A stretch of DNA of 63,646 bases, the filler included, from Reclinomonas americana ATCC 50394 (taxonomy: Eukaryota), in assembly GCA_048213135.1 (NCBI GenBank). It is 9 parts of 6 records of this genome, joined end to end, with 100 filler letters (N's around TTAATTAATTAA, not from the genome) between each part and the next. Parts side by side here need not be neighbours in the genome. Positions count along the whole stretch, not along the records: positions 29,456 to 47,399 come from PS015077.1; positions 47,500 to 51,692 come from PS015077.1; 7 more parts are not named here. The stretch is one strand, 5' to 3'. How positions within the stretch are numbered: position 1 is the stretch's first letter; every line of letters starts with the position of its first letter. A program made the translations under genes and the position numbers. The notes beneath the pieces are model-generated. The model did no database searches. It was not told the DNA's origin and was given only the letters and a program-made list of their open reading frames with translations. This document shows positions 38,055-51,792 of the stretch, piece after piece.

Positions 38055-41000
38055 ACGTCTCTTTTTGCACAGCCGCCGGCCACCGATCGCCTCTCTCCGT
38101 TGCACCGTCGACTGCTGAGCGAGAGCGACCACGTGTATGCCGAGTTGCACGTGCTGCAGTTCATTCGGGAGAATCACACCTCGGCGTCTGGCGAGCATCC
38201 GGAAGAGATCGACAGTCTGGTTGAGGGGCTGCGCTCGGTGCTCACCGAGCACAGTTTGGCTTTTGCACTGGCCGATCATTTGCCGCATTTGCCGCCAGCT
38301 GAACTCGTCCAGCACGTGCAGCAGTCGCGCCGAGTCATTCCTGCGCTGGTACGCCGCGTCACTCGAGATTGTCGGTGTGCTGTCTTGTTGGAGTGACTTC
38401 GTTTCTTGCAGGAGCGCGATGAATTGCTGTTTGTGTCGTTCTACGTGTACACACTATGCTGGCACTACCCGGACGCTCACCTCTTTGAGCGCGTGGAGGA
38501 GCTGCTCTCGCTACTTCCAGCCGACCGGCAGTTTTGGGTGGTGGAGGGCATCTTGTCGCTGTTGGTGGCGGCTGTGGTCGAGCACTACCACAGCGTGCAG
38601 CAGGACAAGTCGACTGCCGCCGCCGCCACGCACGTGTTCTGTCGTGATCGTGTGGCGTACGTGCTCGAGTGTCTCGGGCAGTGTGTCGATGTGCTGCAGC
38701 AGGTGGTGGCCGAGGTGTCGGACGAGGTGCAGCAACCATTGTTGCAGCAGCGACTGAAACTGCTCGCCGACCAAGTTGCCGAAGCCAAGTGGAAGTTGAC
38801 ATTTACGCCGCAGGTGAGCCGATGAGAGAGAGAGAGAGCGAGGATGGAGACCATGTTTCGCTCACGCACCGTTGGCATGTTCAGTTGTCGACCAACGTGG
38901 AGCGAGTTTTGCGATTGGCGCTCTCGAAGCCCATTTCGCTTGTCGTCTCTGCGCTGTCGAGCGGCAACCATGCTCTGGCCGGCGAAGTTCTGACGCACTA
39001 CGGCCTGTCGGCGGAATCCATGTCGGAGATTATGCGTGCGCGTGCCTTTGCGCGTGTGCTTAGTCTCGTGTGGGAGGCACCACTGGAGCCGCGTTCCCGA
39101 GAGGAGCTGTTGTCCACCGCGTATGAGGCGTACCCGGACTCGCTCAAGTACGCGCACTCTGCCGAGGACGTCTTGTCAAGTTTGGTGGCCAGCACGCCCG
39201 ATGCCGAGGACGCGGCACAGCGAAAGGATGCCATGGCGGCGATTCGACGAGCACTGGATGTGGTCGACGACCGCGACGAAGTGGACGACGAGACGCGAGC
39301 GGTCCTCAATCGCGTTCGGTCCTCACTGCGCAGCTTTATCGAAGCATGTGCCGCCGTCGATGGGGATGCGGACGCCACCAGTCTGCCGGTGCAGACCATG
39401 TGGTCACTCGGACCACTGTCACCCATGTCGTCGTCGAGTGTCGACGGTGCATCGACTCAGGGATATGCACTGCGACGCATTCCGGAAGAGTTGCGCAGTG
39501 CGTCACCAGCCGAACCTCTCGAAGGTGTGTGTGCGCCTGTGCATCCCGTTTGTGATTCAACCGGTGCGACAAATGTGCCTCAACTGCACGAATCACGCAC
39601 GCAGCTGTGCTGGCCATTCCGGACCGTGTGCTCAGCCTGTGCTCTGTGACGCGAGAGTTTTGGCGCTACACCACTTCGATTCGCGAGTTTTTCAGTGCAT
39701 CAGAGTTGCGATTCGCGCTTTCGGAGAAAGACTGCGTTGTTGGTGGTATTTCCCTGACAAGTGTCACTTACATACGTACGCAGGTCGCGTCTCGTCTCCT
39801 CATCGCTGCTGTCAAGCTTGCTGCAACTGATGCAGGGCGAAGGTGGAGTGTGGGGTGTGTTGGTAGCCACGTTCAATCCGCCGGTCCTGACTTGCCTCTG
39901 CAGGCCTCTCGTCTGTGGCGGATGCCGTGTCACTCGGCCAATTGGCCAACATGGATGTGCAGCGCATCATGGCACAGCTTCATCGACTGACGCGACAGGG
40001 CTCTCCGTTGCACTGGATGGATGCCGAGCGAATGTGGACGCCCTGCCCCTCCAACATTGACTGGGAGAAGCATCAGGAGGTTGGTGTGGACCAGAAAGTG
40101 TTTTTGCATGTGGAATTCTGCTGACCTCGTTTTGATAGCATCACGAGAACTCGGTTCTCGAGGTCCCCTTGTTCTCCACAAACTCCTACGAACTGTTCTC
40201 GTCCAAGTCACCGGCCCTGCGGAGTCTCGCGTACCTGTTGTGCTCTTCGTCGCATCGAGTGGCACCGACAGAGCTCATGCGTGCCGTATGCGCACACGCC
40301 AGTGAGGTGACCTCCCCGGCTGCGTCTGCAGGCAATTTTGCAAGCGTCGTCGCTCACCTCACTTGTGTATGTCAGACATCGCTTGCGTATGGTCGCTACG
40401 TCCGTCGGCGTGTGGCACTCGCGCTTCTTGCTGCCTCGCTGCCGGGTCGAAATGGCGCACTGCAGCCAGGTCAGTTCGCGTCACACATCTTCACCTCGTC
40501 GTCACACGCTCATCGCTGTCGCATCGCTTGCTGCTGCAGCACCGGCACCTGCGGCGCTGCTGGCGGCGTTGAACACGACGGCAGAGAGTGACGAGACCGT
40601 GTTGCTTGAAGCTCTGTTCCAGTACCTTGGCAAGAGACCAGAGCTGATTGCTGCGCACTTTGATACGAACTTTGAGGCCGACAACCATGGCCACGATTCG
40701 CATGTCATGCATCAGGCGGCGAGAGTGGCCGAGGCCGGCCTGCTGACCAACGACTTGCACTTGCTGACCGCCACCTTCGGGCTTCAAGTCCCCTACACTG
40801 ACGATTTCTGCATGATGATGCTCGAGGCGTCTCGCGAGATCGATCAGCAGCCGTGGTTGTGGGTGGCGCGCATGCAGGGTGCGTGCCGCTGTCTGCTGTC
40901 GCACGCTCTGTGTGCGATGTCTCTCACGAGTGTGTGTTTTTTTCCTGCAGATGCCGACATGCGGCGAAGCCTGATCTGCGAGCACTTCCGCTTCTGGCCG

Positions 41001-44000
41001 TACCACGTGGCGCGGTGAGCGATTAATGTGGCATCGTACGTGTGTGTGCCACAGGACAACTGAACACGCTGTATTCATGCGCACCAGGTACATGCTGCAG
41101 TCGTGCATTTGCGATTACTCGCAGGCGCACGTGGTGCAACTGGCGGCTGCACCGGCCTCCAGGCAGGGCGGCGAGGCTGGCGCGAGTGACACAGTCAACG
41201 GCGAAGGCAGTGAGCACGCGAGACCGCTACTGCAGCCACTGGTGCCGCGCTCGGGAGTGTTCGTTCTCACCCGCTTCATTGTTCGCAGTCCTCTCGTGAA
41301 GCAACTGCGCGGGACTCACTCCGCTTGCTGTTTCTGCAGGACCGATCAAGTGTCGGCCGATTACAAGTGCGAACAGCTGCTGCGCTGGTTGGAACTGTCG
41401 GAACGCGTGCGCGTCATTGTTGCTGCGTCGCTGCCGGCCTCGACAGCAGAAGCCGCCACCGGCTCCGCCGCCTCCTCGTCGGACGAATCGGAGTTGTTGA
41501 ACTCGCTTCTCGGCACCGGTGAACCGGCCAGCCCTGCGCGCACAGCATCGTCCTCCAACATGGCACTGCTCACGCCACAGCCACGCAAGTCTCGCCCAGA
41601 GCACGTTCGACGCAACTCTGCGCAGTCTTTCAGCGAGGCCGTGGACGATCGTACCGGTGCGTGTGTGTGCATTTGTGACTGAGGATGTGAGCGAGGGAGT
41701 GGAGAGTCTTCTCCTGAACAACCGCTGCAGGTGACACCGCGTCGAGTCGTGCCGCGGCTGGTAGTGGTATACCGGCAGCTGCTTCACCAGCCATCTCTGA
41801 GAGTAAGGCCAGTCGAAGCTCGCAGGATACACCGCCGGCACTGAATGCCAGTGCCATTCGCGTGCCGGAAACGGGTTGGCACGTGATTTTCTCCGTTCTC
41901 GAGCGCTCTCCATCACAGGTTCTGCGACACTTGGCATCACGTGGGCACTACCAGGAGGCGTCGGAGGTCTGCCTCATTTTCCTCGGTGGAATACGTGTTT
42001 CTCTCGCGCTGCATGGCTGAATGCTTGTTGATGGTTGCAGTTGCTGCAATTGCCATTCATTCGAGAGCACCACGACGACATGGACCTGGAGTGGCTGCTG
42101 CCCGACAAGGGAGAGAGTTGCGTGCCTCATTCTTGTTTGTTTTCTTCGCGGACCGGCTTAGCATGTCGCTAACAATACCGCAGGTGCCGATGTGTTCCTC
42201 GAGCGCATGAACTCGCTGAGTGACGATCTGGCTCTCCGTGTCTGTGTGGCCGCCATACCGCGCTTCTCCGATGTCGACCACAAACTGGCCGTTGTCAATA
42301 CGGTGTTGACACGATACAGTGGCTTGCTGAAAGAGCAGCAGCGTGGTCATTTGGTGTACGAGCGCACCGGCTTCCAGGTGCTGTCGGCGCTGGGCACCAA
42401 CTTTGCGCAGACATTTTCGCATTTGCTGGGGCGGCCGAAAGCAATTGCCGAGAACTTGCTGATGTGGGAAGAGACGGAACATGTCCGCGCTTTGTACCGA
42501 CACATTCCCGAGCTTGAGGTGCGTGTTGTCCATACGGATGTGAGATAGGGAGATAGGGAGAGAGAGAGAGAGCACTCGCTTACTCTCTCTCGATCAGGAC
42601 CCCGAAATGTTGTTTGAGTACGCACGAAAGGCGCTCGCCGACGTGTCGCGCCTGATGCCCGAAGATCCGAATGCCACTCCGCACTTTGTGTCGGGCACGC
42701 AGAGTTTCGTGCAACTTGGAAAACGAAAGTCTATACGCNNNNNNNNNNNNNNNNNNNNNNNNNNNNNNNNNNNNNNNNNNNNNNNNNNNNNNNNNNNNNN
42801 NNNNNNNNNNNNNNNNNNNNNNNNNNNNNNNNNNNNNNNNNNNNNNNNNNNNNNNNNNNNNNNNNNNNNNNNNNNNNNNNNNNNNNNNNNNNNNNNNNNN
42901 NNNNNNNNNNNNNNNNNNNNNNNNNNNNNNNNNNNNNNNNNNNNNNNNNNNNNNNNNNNNNNNNNNNNNNNNNNNNNNNNNNNNNNNNNNNNNNNNNNNN
43001 NNNNNNNNNNNNNNNNNNNNNNNNNNNNNNNNNNNNNNNNNNNNNNNNNNNNNNNNNNNNNNNNNNNNNNNNNNNNNNNNNNNNNNNNNNNNNNNNNNNN
43101 NNNNNNNNNNNNNNNNNNNNNNNNNNNNNNNNNNNNNNNNNNNNNNNNNNNNNNNNNNNNNNNNNNNNNNNNNNNNNNNNNNNNNNNNNNNNNNNNNNNN
43201 NNNNNNNNNNNNNNNNNNNNNNNNNNNNNNNNNNNNNNNNNNNNNNNNNNNNNNNNNNNNNNNNNNNNNNNNNNNNNNNNNNNNNNNNNNNNNNNNNNNN
43301 NNNNNNNNNNNNNNNNNNNNNNNNNNNNNNNNNNNNNNNNNNNNNNNNNNNNNNNNNNNNNNNNNNNNNNNNNNNNNNNNNNNNNNNNNNNNNNNNNNNN
43401 NNNNNNNNNNNNNNNNNNNNNNNNNNNNNNNNNNNNNNNNNNNNNNNNNNNNNNNNNNNNNNNNNNNNNNNNNNNNNNNNNNNNNNNNNNNNNNNNNNNN
43501 NNNNNNNNNNNNNNNNNNNNNNNNNNNNNNNNNNNNNNNNNNNNNNNNNNNNNNNNNNNNNNNNNNNNNNNNNNNNNNNNNNNNNNNNNNNNNNNNNNNN
43601 NNNNNNNNNNNNNNNNNNNNNNNNNNNNNNNNNNNNNNNNNNNNNNNNNNNNNNNNNNATGGCACTGAACGTCTCGCACCTTGCAGCATTTACGCTGGAC
43701 GAGCGGCAGAACGACGCCATTCGACGCGCTCACCAGTTCCCCAACAGCCCGTCGATTCTACTCGGCAAGAAGATCCTGGATCTGTGTTCCGACTACCACA
43801 AGACGGGGACGTTTTGTGTGGATCTTGCCGATACGCTGTCATCGCGGCTCCCCGAAGTGCTGCCCGAGTACCACATGTTCCTGCTGTCCACCGTGACGCA
43901 ACTCATTTTTTACACCAAGACGCTGTATCTGAAGGTTGTGCGGTCCACGGTGCCTCTCGTCGTGTTCGCGTCTCACGCGCTCTCCACAATTGCAGAATGC

Positions 44001-46887
44001 GGACTCTTCCGGCACGGTGTCGTTCTGCGACACTCTGCTCTCGCGTGTGGAACTGATGAAGGTGCGAACGCTCGCTGCGGGTTTCCCGCTTCCTCTTGCT
44101 AACTGTGCTCTCGTCTTCGCCCTGCAGTCGCTCCTCTTGCAACGCGTTAACCTTCCACTTCGGCTAAGCGATCTGTCCGACGCCAACAAGCTGCGCCAGC
44201 TGCGTGACCAGTTGGTGAAGAACGATCACATGCAACTGGCCATGGCGCTGTGCACCACTTGTGGCATCGAAAGCGAGCCAGTGTGGAGTGAGTGGGGCCT
44301 CACCCTCATCAAATGTGGCCCGTCGCAATACGAGCAGGCGCGCGCCAAGTTCAAGTACTGCAGTGGTGCGCCATCCTCGCATTCACACACCGCGTGGTCG
44401 CTCTATTCTTGACTCTCCTTGTTTGTATGCCCAGGAGGTGCGTCGTACCAGCAAAAGTTGTTGCTGAGTCGCATTCTTCAAGTACTGGAAAGCAGCAAGA
44501 ATCCGCGCTCCCTGCTGCCATCGGGCCTCTCACGTTGCGCACGAGGGTGATTGTTGTGGCTGCACATATCGATGGCTTGCTGACGTGAGATTCGCGGCAC
44601 AGCTTCCGGCTCAAGTTCATCGTCCAGCCACGATGCTGCGTCAGGTCCCGACAAGGATGCGTCCTGGTTCAACGAGTGTCTCTACTACATCCGCCTGCTG
44701 GGAAACGAGGCGTCTGTGTGCGCCTTTTATGTGCGACACCACCTGTTGGAAGACGCGATTCAACTGTGCCTGGACTCCAGCGTCACGGAATCGTTCTTTG
44801 TCGACACGCTGCTGTCGTATGCGTGGAGCCACGGCAAAATTGAAAAGCTGCTCGCCGAAGTCGCCGCCCGCGGTGCGTGTGATGATGGCGTCACGTGCTC
44901 AGTTACTTTGCCTTGCTGACTGCTTGCTGTTGCTGTTACAGACCCTGGATTGGCGCGATCGCACAACTACCTGCTGGCGTGCTGTCGCAAGCTGAGCAAC
45001 GATCGCAAGTACCGCATCCTGCTTCGCTTCCAGAGAGTGATGGGTGACTACTGCCGTGCCGGCCTCACCCTGCTTCGCCTATTCCAGCAAGAACGCGACT
45101 TTGAAATGAGGCTTCGCGTATTGGAGCAGGCCAAGGTTGGCGGTGTTCCATGCGTGCCAGTAATGACGTGCAAAAAAATGTGCTGATCGTGTCGGCATGC
45201 ACAGGAGGAGTTCTCGCGTGCATTGAACGGTGTCGTCCCTCGCGGCGGCTCGCCTCTATCGACGGGCGACATTCGCAAGAATCTGCACATTATCGACATG
45301 CAGGGTGTGGTGGCTCGTGCGCTTGGTCCGACTGGTCCACGAGCCTCGCTGTTCGAGGACGAAGCTCAGAAGCATGGTGCACTGCTGTTCTGCTATCACA
45401 CGCCGTGTATATGGTGATCTGACGTTGTGTTGTGTCGCTGCAGAATTGGTGGATGCTCTGTTTGCGGAGCACTTTGACATGGCGNNNNNNNNNNNNNNNN
45501 NNNNNNNNNNNNNNNNNNNNNNNNNNNNNNNNNNNNNNNNNNNNNNNNNNNNNNNNNNNNNNNNNNNNNNNNNNNNNNNNNNNNNNNNNNNNNNNNNNNN
45601 NNNNNNNNNNNNNNNNNNNNNNNNNNNNNNNNNNNNNNNNNNNNNNNNNNNNNNNNNNNNNNNNNNNNNNNNNNNNNNNNNNNNNNNNNNNNNNNNNNNN
45701 NNNNNNNNNNNNNNNNNNNNNNNNNNNNNNNNNNNNNNNNNNNNNNNNNNNNNNNNNNNNNNNNNNNNNNNNNNNNNNNNNNNNNNNNNNNNNNNNNNNN
45801 NNNNNNNNNNNNNNNNNNNNNNNNNNNNNNNNNNNNNNNNNNNNNNNNNNNNNNNNNNNNNNNNNNNNNNNNNNNNNNNNNNNNNNNNNNNNNNNNNNNN
45901 NNNNNNNNNNNNNNNNNNNNNNNNNNNNNNNNNNNNNNNNNNNNNNNNNNNNNNNNNNNNNNNNNNNNNNNNNNNNNNNNNNNNNNNNNNNNNNNNNNNN
46001 NNNNNNNNNNNNNNNNNNNNNNNNNNNNNNNNNNNNNNNNNNNNNNNNNNNNNNNNNNNNNNNNNNNNNNNNNNNNNNNNNNNNNNNNNNNNNNNNNNNN
46101 NNNNNNNNNNNNNNNNNNNNNNNNNNNNNNNNNNNNNNNNNNNNNNNNNNNNNNNNNNNNNNNNNNNNNNNNNNNNNNNNNNNNNNNNNNNNNNNNNNNN
46201 NNNNNNNNNNNNNNNNNNNNNNNNNNNNNNNNNNNNNNNNNNNNNNNNNNNNNNNNNNNNNNNNNNNNNNNNNNNNNNNNNNNNNNNNNNNNNNNNNNNN
46301 NNNNNNNNNNNNNNNNNNNNNNNNNNNNNNNNNNNNNNNNNNNTTCCGCGTCATTAACGAATTCAAGTTGCCGGCCACTCAGTTGTACCACCGTGCGCTT
46401 GTGCGCATGGCCAGGAGGCGTCAGCATACGCAGTTGATGGAGATGCTTCGCAATGTCAAGGTTTGTGCGCGCACCCGCCGTGTCTACGAGCTATTCTCTC
46501 TCTCAAGAACGCAACCATTGCCGCACGCAGGGCACCATCCCCAGTGCGGACTTGGATTCGATTCTGCTCAACATCGTGCAAGTCACCTGCAACGAGCTGG
46601 AGGACTACAAGAATGCCGAAAAGCTGATTGGCAAGATTGAGGACGACGGGCAGCAGGTGAAGGCGTGCATCTTGTGCAAGAAGTTCAAGGCCGGCTACCT
46701 GATCGCCATCAAGGACAATCGCTTCGATCTGGTGCGCCTGTTGCGCGCCGAGCTTGTGGCCAGTGACACCAGGTCGACGGCCAATCTTATAGAGCTGTGT
46801 GACAAATTCCTGGCCCGCGAGGGCGAGCCAGGCGCTGGTGGTGGCGGTGGCGGTGGCGGCAGCGGGTACGGAGAGGGGAGTATGTAA
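38055..46887 (+). CDS. ZFYVE26: Spastizin / ZFYVE26 (SPG15)-like protein, multi-exon with gaps
   Basis: LRDQLVKNDHMQLAM..CTTCGI...WSEWGLTLIK...ARAKFKYC; ECLYYIRL; LLRFQRVMGDYCRAGLT; C-terminus RVINEFKL...VKACILCKKFKAGYLIAIK...ELCDKFL. Confidence 0.85.
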
Positions 46888-46999
46888 ACAGTGAAGAGGG
46901 GTGAATATTAATGTGAGTAGGCACAGAGCCAGCAACACAAGCATCTCCATACACATACATTCAGTTAACAACACACAGCTACACACATACATGTACATA

Positions 47000-47399
47000 T
47001 CATCTACGGCCGTCGGGATCGAGTATGGCCTTGGTGGCGCAGTTGGGCGACGGCGGCGAATCAACGTCAAACACCAGCACGTCGACGTTGAGGTCGAAGC
47101 GCAGGCGCGACGGCTGGTGCGGTGAGGCACCGGTCGACGAGGACCGACTGTGGGCGCCAACCGACGGCTCCGAGGTGGTGTGCGGCATCTGACGCTGCGA
47201 CGGCTGCGGACTCTCGGTCTCGCTGCCAGGCGCCGACGCACTGCGAGGCGGCAGCAGCGCCTGTTGCCTCGGCCCTGCTGTCGGCGGAGAGGCGTTGGCC
47301 CCTCCCAGCGAAGCCCGTCGCTGCGCACGAGAGGTCGGTCGTCGCGTCAGCGACGGCCACTCGCCGGCACCTCCCGCCGCCTTCACCGCCGCCATGACC
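47000..47399 (-). CDS. C-terminal fragment of a low-complexity hypothetical protein
   Basis: 131-aa Ser/Pro-rich ORF starting at the scaffold edge, convergent with ZFYVE26. Confidence 0.3.
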
Positions 47400-47499
47400 N
47401 NNNNNNNNNNNNNNNNNNNNNNNNNNNNNNNNNNNNNNNNNNNTTAATTAATTAANNNNNNNNNNNNNNNNNNNNNNNNNNNNNNNNNNNNNNNNNNNN

Positions 47500-49068
47500 G
47501 AGGATACGGTCGAAGCGGCGGCGCAGCTGGAGCGTGAGAAGCAGCTGTTGCGGGAGCAAGAGCAGGAGTTGATGGATGAGGCGCTGTTGCGTAAGAGGGG
47601 CAGAGGGAGAGAGAGAGAGAGAGGTGACTGCGAGAGCGAGAGGATGCTGACACCATGGCAGCGATGAAGTATGAGAAAGTGCGTCCGTCGTAACCCAGCG
47701 CTCACACTGCACGCACAGCGGCATCAAACGACGCAAGAAGAAGAACGCAGCGGGCACTGGTCTCGAGCGACACGAGCTGAAGGAGCTGTTCAGTCGCGGT
47801 CAGTCGGAGCGCACTGTGTTGGACATGGATCGTGTCACGGGTCTTGGCTTTGATCGGTGCGCCGCAGCACTCTTTCTTTGCATTCTCGCCAGCGCAGTGT
47901 GAACTGATGATGCGCTTGGCAGTGCACCGCGCCACGAGGTACCCGGTGCTCCCGGACCGGGTTGGTTTGATGCCGGCTCGCAGGCTGATGCGCCGACTGG
48001 TGCCATGGCTGCGCTGATTGCGGCCGACCGTGCGGCCAACGAGTTGCACATGCGGCAGCAGCAACAGGCACGCAGGGTGCTGGGACCGGCGCCTCCACCA
48101 CCACCGCCTCCGGACTCCGAGAGTGTCGAGGGTGAGAGGAGAGAGAGTGGCGGTTCTCCACCGCGGAAACGGCACAAGTCGCGGCACAGCGACGACGAGA
48201 CGGAGGAGAAGAGACGCAGGAAGGAGAAGAAGCGCGAGAAGCGCAGTCGACGCGATGCGGAGGAAGAGCAGTTGAGAGAGTTCATCCTCGTGTCGCACTC
48301 GCGCACATCTCTGACGTGCCGGCACGCAGCTCCAAGCGTCATCGTCACGATTCGCCCGAGCGAGAACACAAGCGACGCCGGCACGACAGCCCCGAAGAGC
48401 CGTCTCGGTGAGTTACTACAATGCGAGACTACTGGACTGTATGGCTGATTTGTACAGCAGTCGTCGTCGCCACGATTCGCCCGACGAAGCGCCAGCACAC
48501 AAGAGCTCCAGTAGCCGCCGCCGACATGACAGCCCGGACGAGTCGGCCAGTCGCAAGCGCCACGATTCGCCGTCTCCCGATGCAAGTCGGTTTGTCGTCC
48601 TCAAGCACTCTTCTGTCATGGATGTTGGTCTCTCTGACTTGCATCATGCACGCAGCCGCCGTCGCCGACACGACTCGCCACCGGCACACGAAGCAGAGCG
48701 GTTTGTGAGAGATGGCGAGTGTGGTGCCTCGTGCAGCAGCAAACTCACTCGCTATGCTGATCCACCAGAAGCCATCGCCGACATGACTCGCCGCCGCGAG
48801 AGAGCGAGCGGTGCGTGGAGTGACCGATGTGAGAGACGCGCGCACTCTGTAATTGTCACTGACACGCATTCACAGGCGACGACGACACGATACGCCCGCT
48901 GCCCCTAGGTATGGATAACTAATCTATGGTTTCCAATCCCAATAATCTGCGTTGACCATTCCTCCTCTCTGCACAGTCGCGAGGAAGGCCGCCGTCACGA
49001 TAGGTGCGTGGCTCGATGTCTTTTTTCTCTTCCGAACCGCCGTGCTCATACCTCACCGCAGTCCCTAA
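47500..49068 (+). CDS. MMTAG2/C1orf35-like protein with C-terminal RRHDSP repeats (5' truncated)
   Basis: EQELMDEAL|GIKRR...LERHELKELF...DRVTGLGFD; Lys/Arg-rich tract; repeated RRHD(S/T)P; stop TAA at 49066-49068. Confidence 0.6.
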
Positions 49069-49172
49069 TCGAGAAAAGTAACTCCAGGAGCGCGAGAATG
49101 TGCGCAATAAACAACAATCTATTCGCCAAGTTGGAGCATTCGTCACGACAAAACCAAGCAAAAAAACACACT

Positions 49173-51099
49173 CTACGGGGGTCCGGCTGCTACTTCTCCC
49201 TCCACTTCGTCCTCCTCCTCCTCCTCCTCATCGTCGTCGTCACCGTCGTCATCGCCATCATCACCGTCGTCCGCGGCGGCAACTTCATCCTCGTCGCCAC
49301 TCGACTCGACATCCTCCACCTCGCCCTCCTCGACCTCACCGCGCTCCTCAGGTGTGTCGCCCCGCCACGCACCCTTGCGCGCCGGCACAACCTCCTTCAG
49401 GGCCGCCGGCAAATCCCCGCCGGACTCGAAACAGCGCAACACAATGGTGGCGGCCTGATCCACAGACAGCACCGGGTTTGAGCGAATCGAGAAGAACTTG
49501 CGCAGCGGCAGTGTCACGGCGCGCGCGCCGCCCTGCATTGCCCTGTAATACGTTTGATTCTGCGCGCCAGCCGGTAATGAGTACACGTCGGGAGACTCTC
49601 TCTGGCAGCGGCAGAAGCACCTTGGACACCAGCAGGTCGACAATTCCACCGACCACGTAGACAGCATCCGGTTCCAGGCGACCGTCAAACTCCTCGCGGG
49701 CGTCAGGGCTCAAAAACACCAGCCTCTCCGGTGGAAACAAGTCGAAGACGTCCTCCTCGTGCATGCGGATCTGGGAGGGTGTTGATGGGAAAGAGAGGGG
49801 TGAGCGAGAAGGGAGGGAAGGAATGAAAGAGACAGAAGGAGAGCATCAAGGAGAAGCGGGGAAAGGAGGAAAGGACAGGATCAAGCAGAAGCAACGGTAA
49901 GACAGAGGCAGAGAAGGAAGGGATAAGGTCGAGGAGAAACGAAGAGCAATCGGAAGCACAAGCAGAAAGAGTGCACTCTGGGAAAGCAGGAAAGGAGGAA
50001 AGGACGGGGTCAAAGAAAACCACAGGGCGAGCGATTGAGGCAGAAGCATATTGTGCGCTTCCCGGAAAGGAGGAAAGGACAGGATCAAGGAGAACCACAG
50101 GGCGAAGCAGACAGAGTGCTTCTAGGAACGGAAGCAATCAACTGGGAGGCAGAGGCAGAACGAATGCTGCCAGGAATTGGGGGAAAGAGCTGGATCAAGG
50201 GGAACGAAAGCGATTAACTGGGAGGCAAAGGGTGTTTCCGAGGAGAGGAGGTAAGGAAAGGATCACCAACTGGGAAGTAAACAACGCCCCAGGCCGCAGA
50301 ACAAGAGCGGAAGGCGGGCAAGAAAGCAGTAAGCCAACGCAACTCCCGTCCACCGCCGATGCGAAAAGTGCGGAAACCACTCCTGCAACTGCGGCGACAG
50401 GCCACACAAGTGCGTGCCAAGTGGCGTCTCACTGCGCTTGAGCTCGCCCGAGAACATGTTGATCTGCTGCACCAACGAGCGCATCTCCTTGTCGTTCATG
50501 AGACGCTGACAGTAGGAAAAGTCAAAGACCACTTGCGGACCGGTCTCCAGCGATCGCCGCATGCGCTCTCGCGACTCTGCACAGTAAACTGCTGCGGCGT
50601 GCCGTTTACTCGCGCGCTCGGCATCATACACAGCACGTTCCTCTGTGTCAAAGAGAGTATGAGAGCTTGTGAGAGACACTTGATTGTAACACAGAGAGGG
50701 AGAGCGCGCTGACCGGGTGTCATTGCTGCCACTCGTGCATTCTCCTTGGCGACTGCCTCCAAATGCTGCGCTCGTTGCTGATCACGACGACGTGCAAGTC
50801 GCAACTATGTGTGTGCACGAGAGAGTGTGTAAGAAGAAATGTTAGAGACTGTGTGCTGCGCAGCGTCTCTCTTTCTTCTCAACTTTTCGTCGTCGTTCAT
50901 AATCGGCTTTTCTGCCTACGCGCTTGGCGATGACTTCGTCGGAGACCACCGAGGCCTCGCGCACGGGTTGACCGCGAGGAAAGGCAGTCGAGTGCCGCAT
51001 AAAGACATCATCGTCGTCGCTGCCTCCGCCCACAATCGGGAAGAACTCGTCCGCCTCGTCACCCGCTGCTGCTCCTGCTGCTGCTGAGGAGGGCTCCAT
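49173..51099 (-). CDS. TRM10: tRNA (guanine/adenine-9-N1)-methyltransferase, Trm10 family
   Basis: VVFDFSY...MNDKEMRSLVQQI; LVFLSPDA...VYVVGGIVD; TLPL...VLSVDQ...ALKEVVPARK; acidic tail. Confidence 0.9.
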
Positions 51100-51160
51100 G
51101 CTCTGTGTCTCTCTCACAAGTGCCGGATTGAATCCAAGAGGACACTCGCTGCTGCGACGT

Positions 51161-51692
51161 TCAGTCGCGGAAGGGCGATGGAATGGCAATGTGCTGGTCG
51201 TGTGCGAAGCGTGCTAGCAAGAGCAGATCGCGTGCGGCCGTGTTGGACTCGAGGAAGTGAGCCAGCGTGCTGCCAATGTCGGGGCAGCGGTACGACGTCG
51301 ACCTCTGCGACATGGCGACGACCGTGGATCTGCGAGGGCCAACACGTGAGCTGCGGGGGTGGGTGAGCAGTGCTCCACAGAAATACGCAACGTGTCCACC
51401 GCGTGCGGCTCGAGACCGGCCACGACGGCGGCAAAGCTGCCATCCAGTTCCGCCTGTTGCTCCCGTTGTTGTTGTTGTTGCGGGCCGGCAACATCGGACT
51501 TGAGGCAGAAGACGGCCAGCGTGTCGTCGGGGAACCGCAGACACCACAAACGAGAGGCAGTCGGTCTGCCAGACACACGAGGTGAGAGGCCAGCCTTGCA
51601 GACAGATAGAGAGAGATAACCCACCCACTCATGTCCACAGAGAACGAGGACATGTGCTCACTGTCGTCGCCTTGTGCGACCATGAGTCGTCC
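51161..51692 (-). CDS. 3' fragment of a hypothetical protein
   Basis: Exon/intron pattern including a GTTGCG donor at 51391; no recognisable motif. Confidence 0.3.
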
Positions 51693-51792
51693 NNNNNNNN
51701 NNNNNNNNNNNNNNNNNNNNNNNNNNNNNNNNNNNNTTAATTAATTAANNNNNNNNNNNNNNNNNNNNNNNNNNNNNNNNNNNNNNNNNNNN

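Noticed and set aside
25236-46640. Long ORFs of 300-550 aa in the ORF track containing X runs, and many antisense ORFs
   Set aside because: Artefacts of N gaps and of GC-rich coding sequence on the opposite strand.
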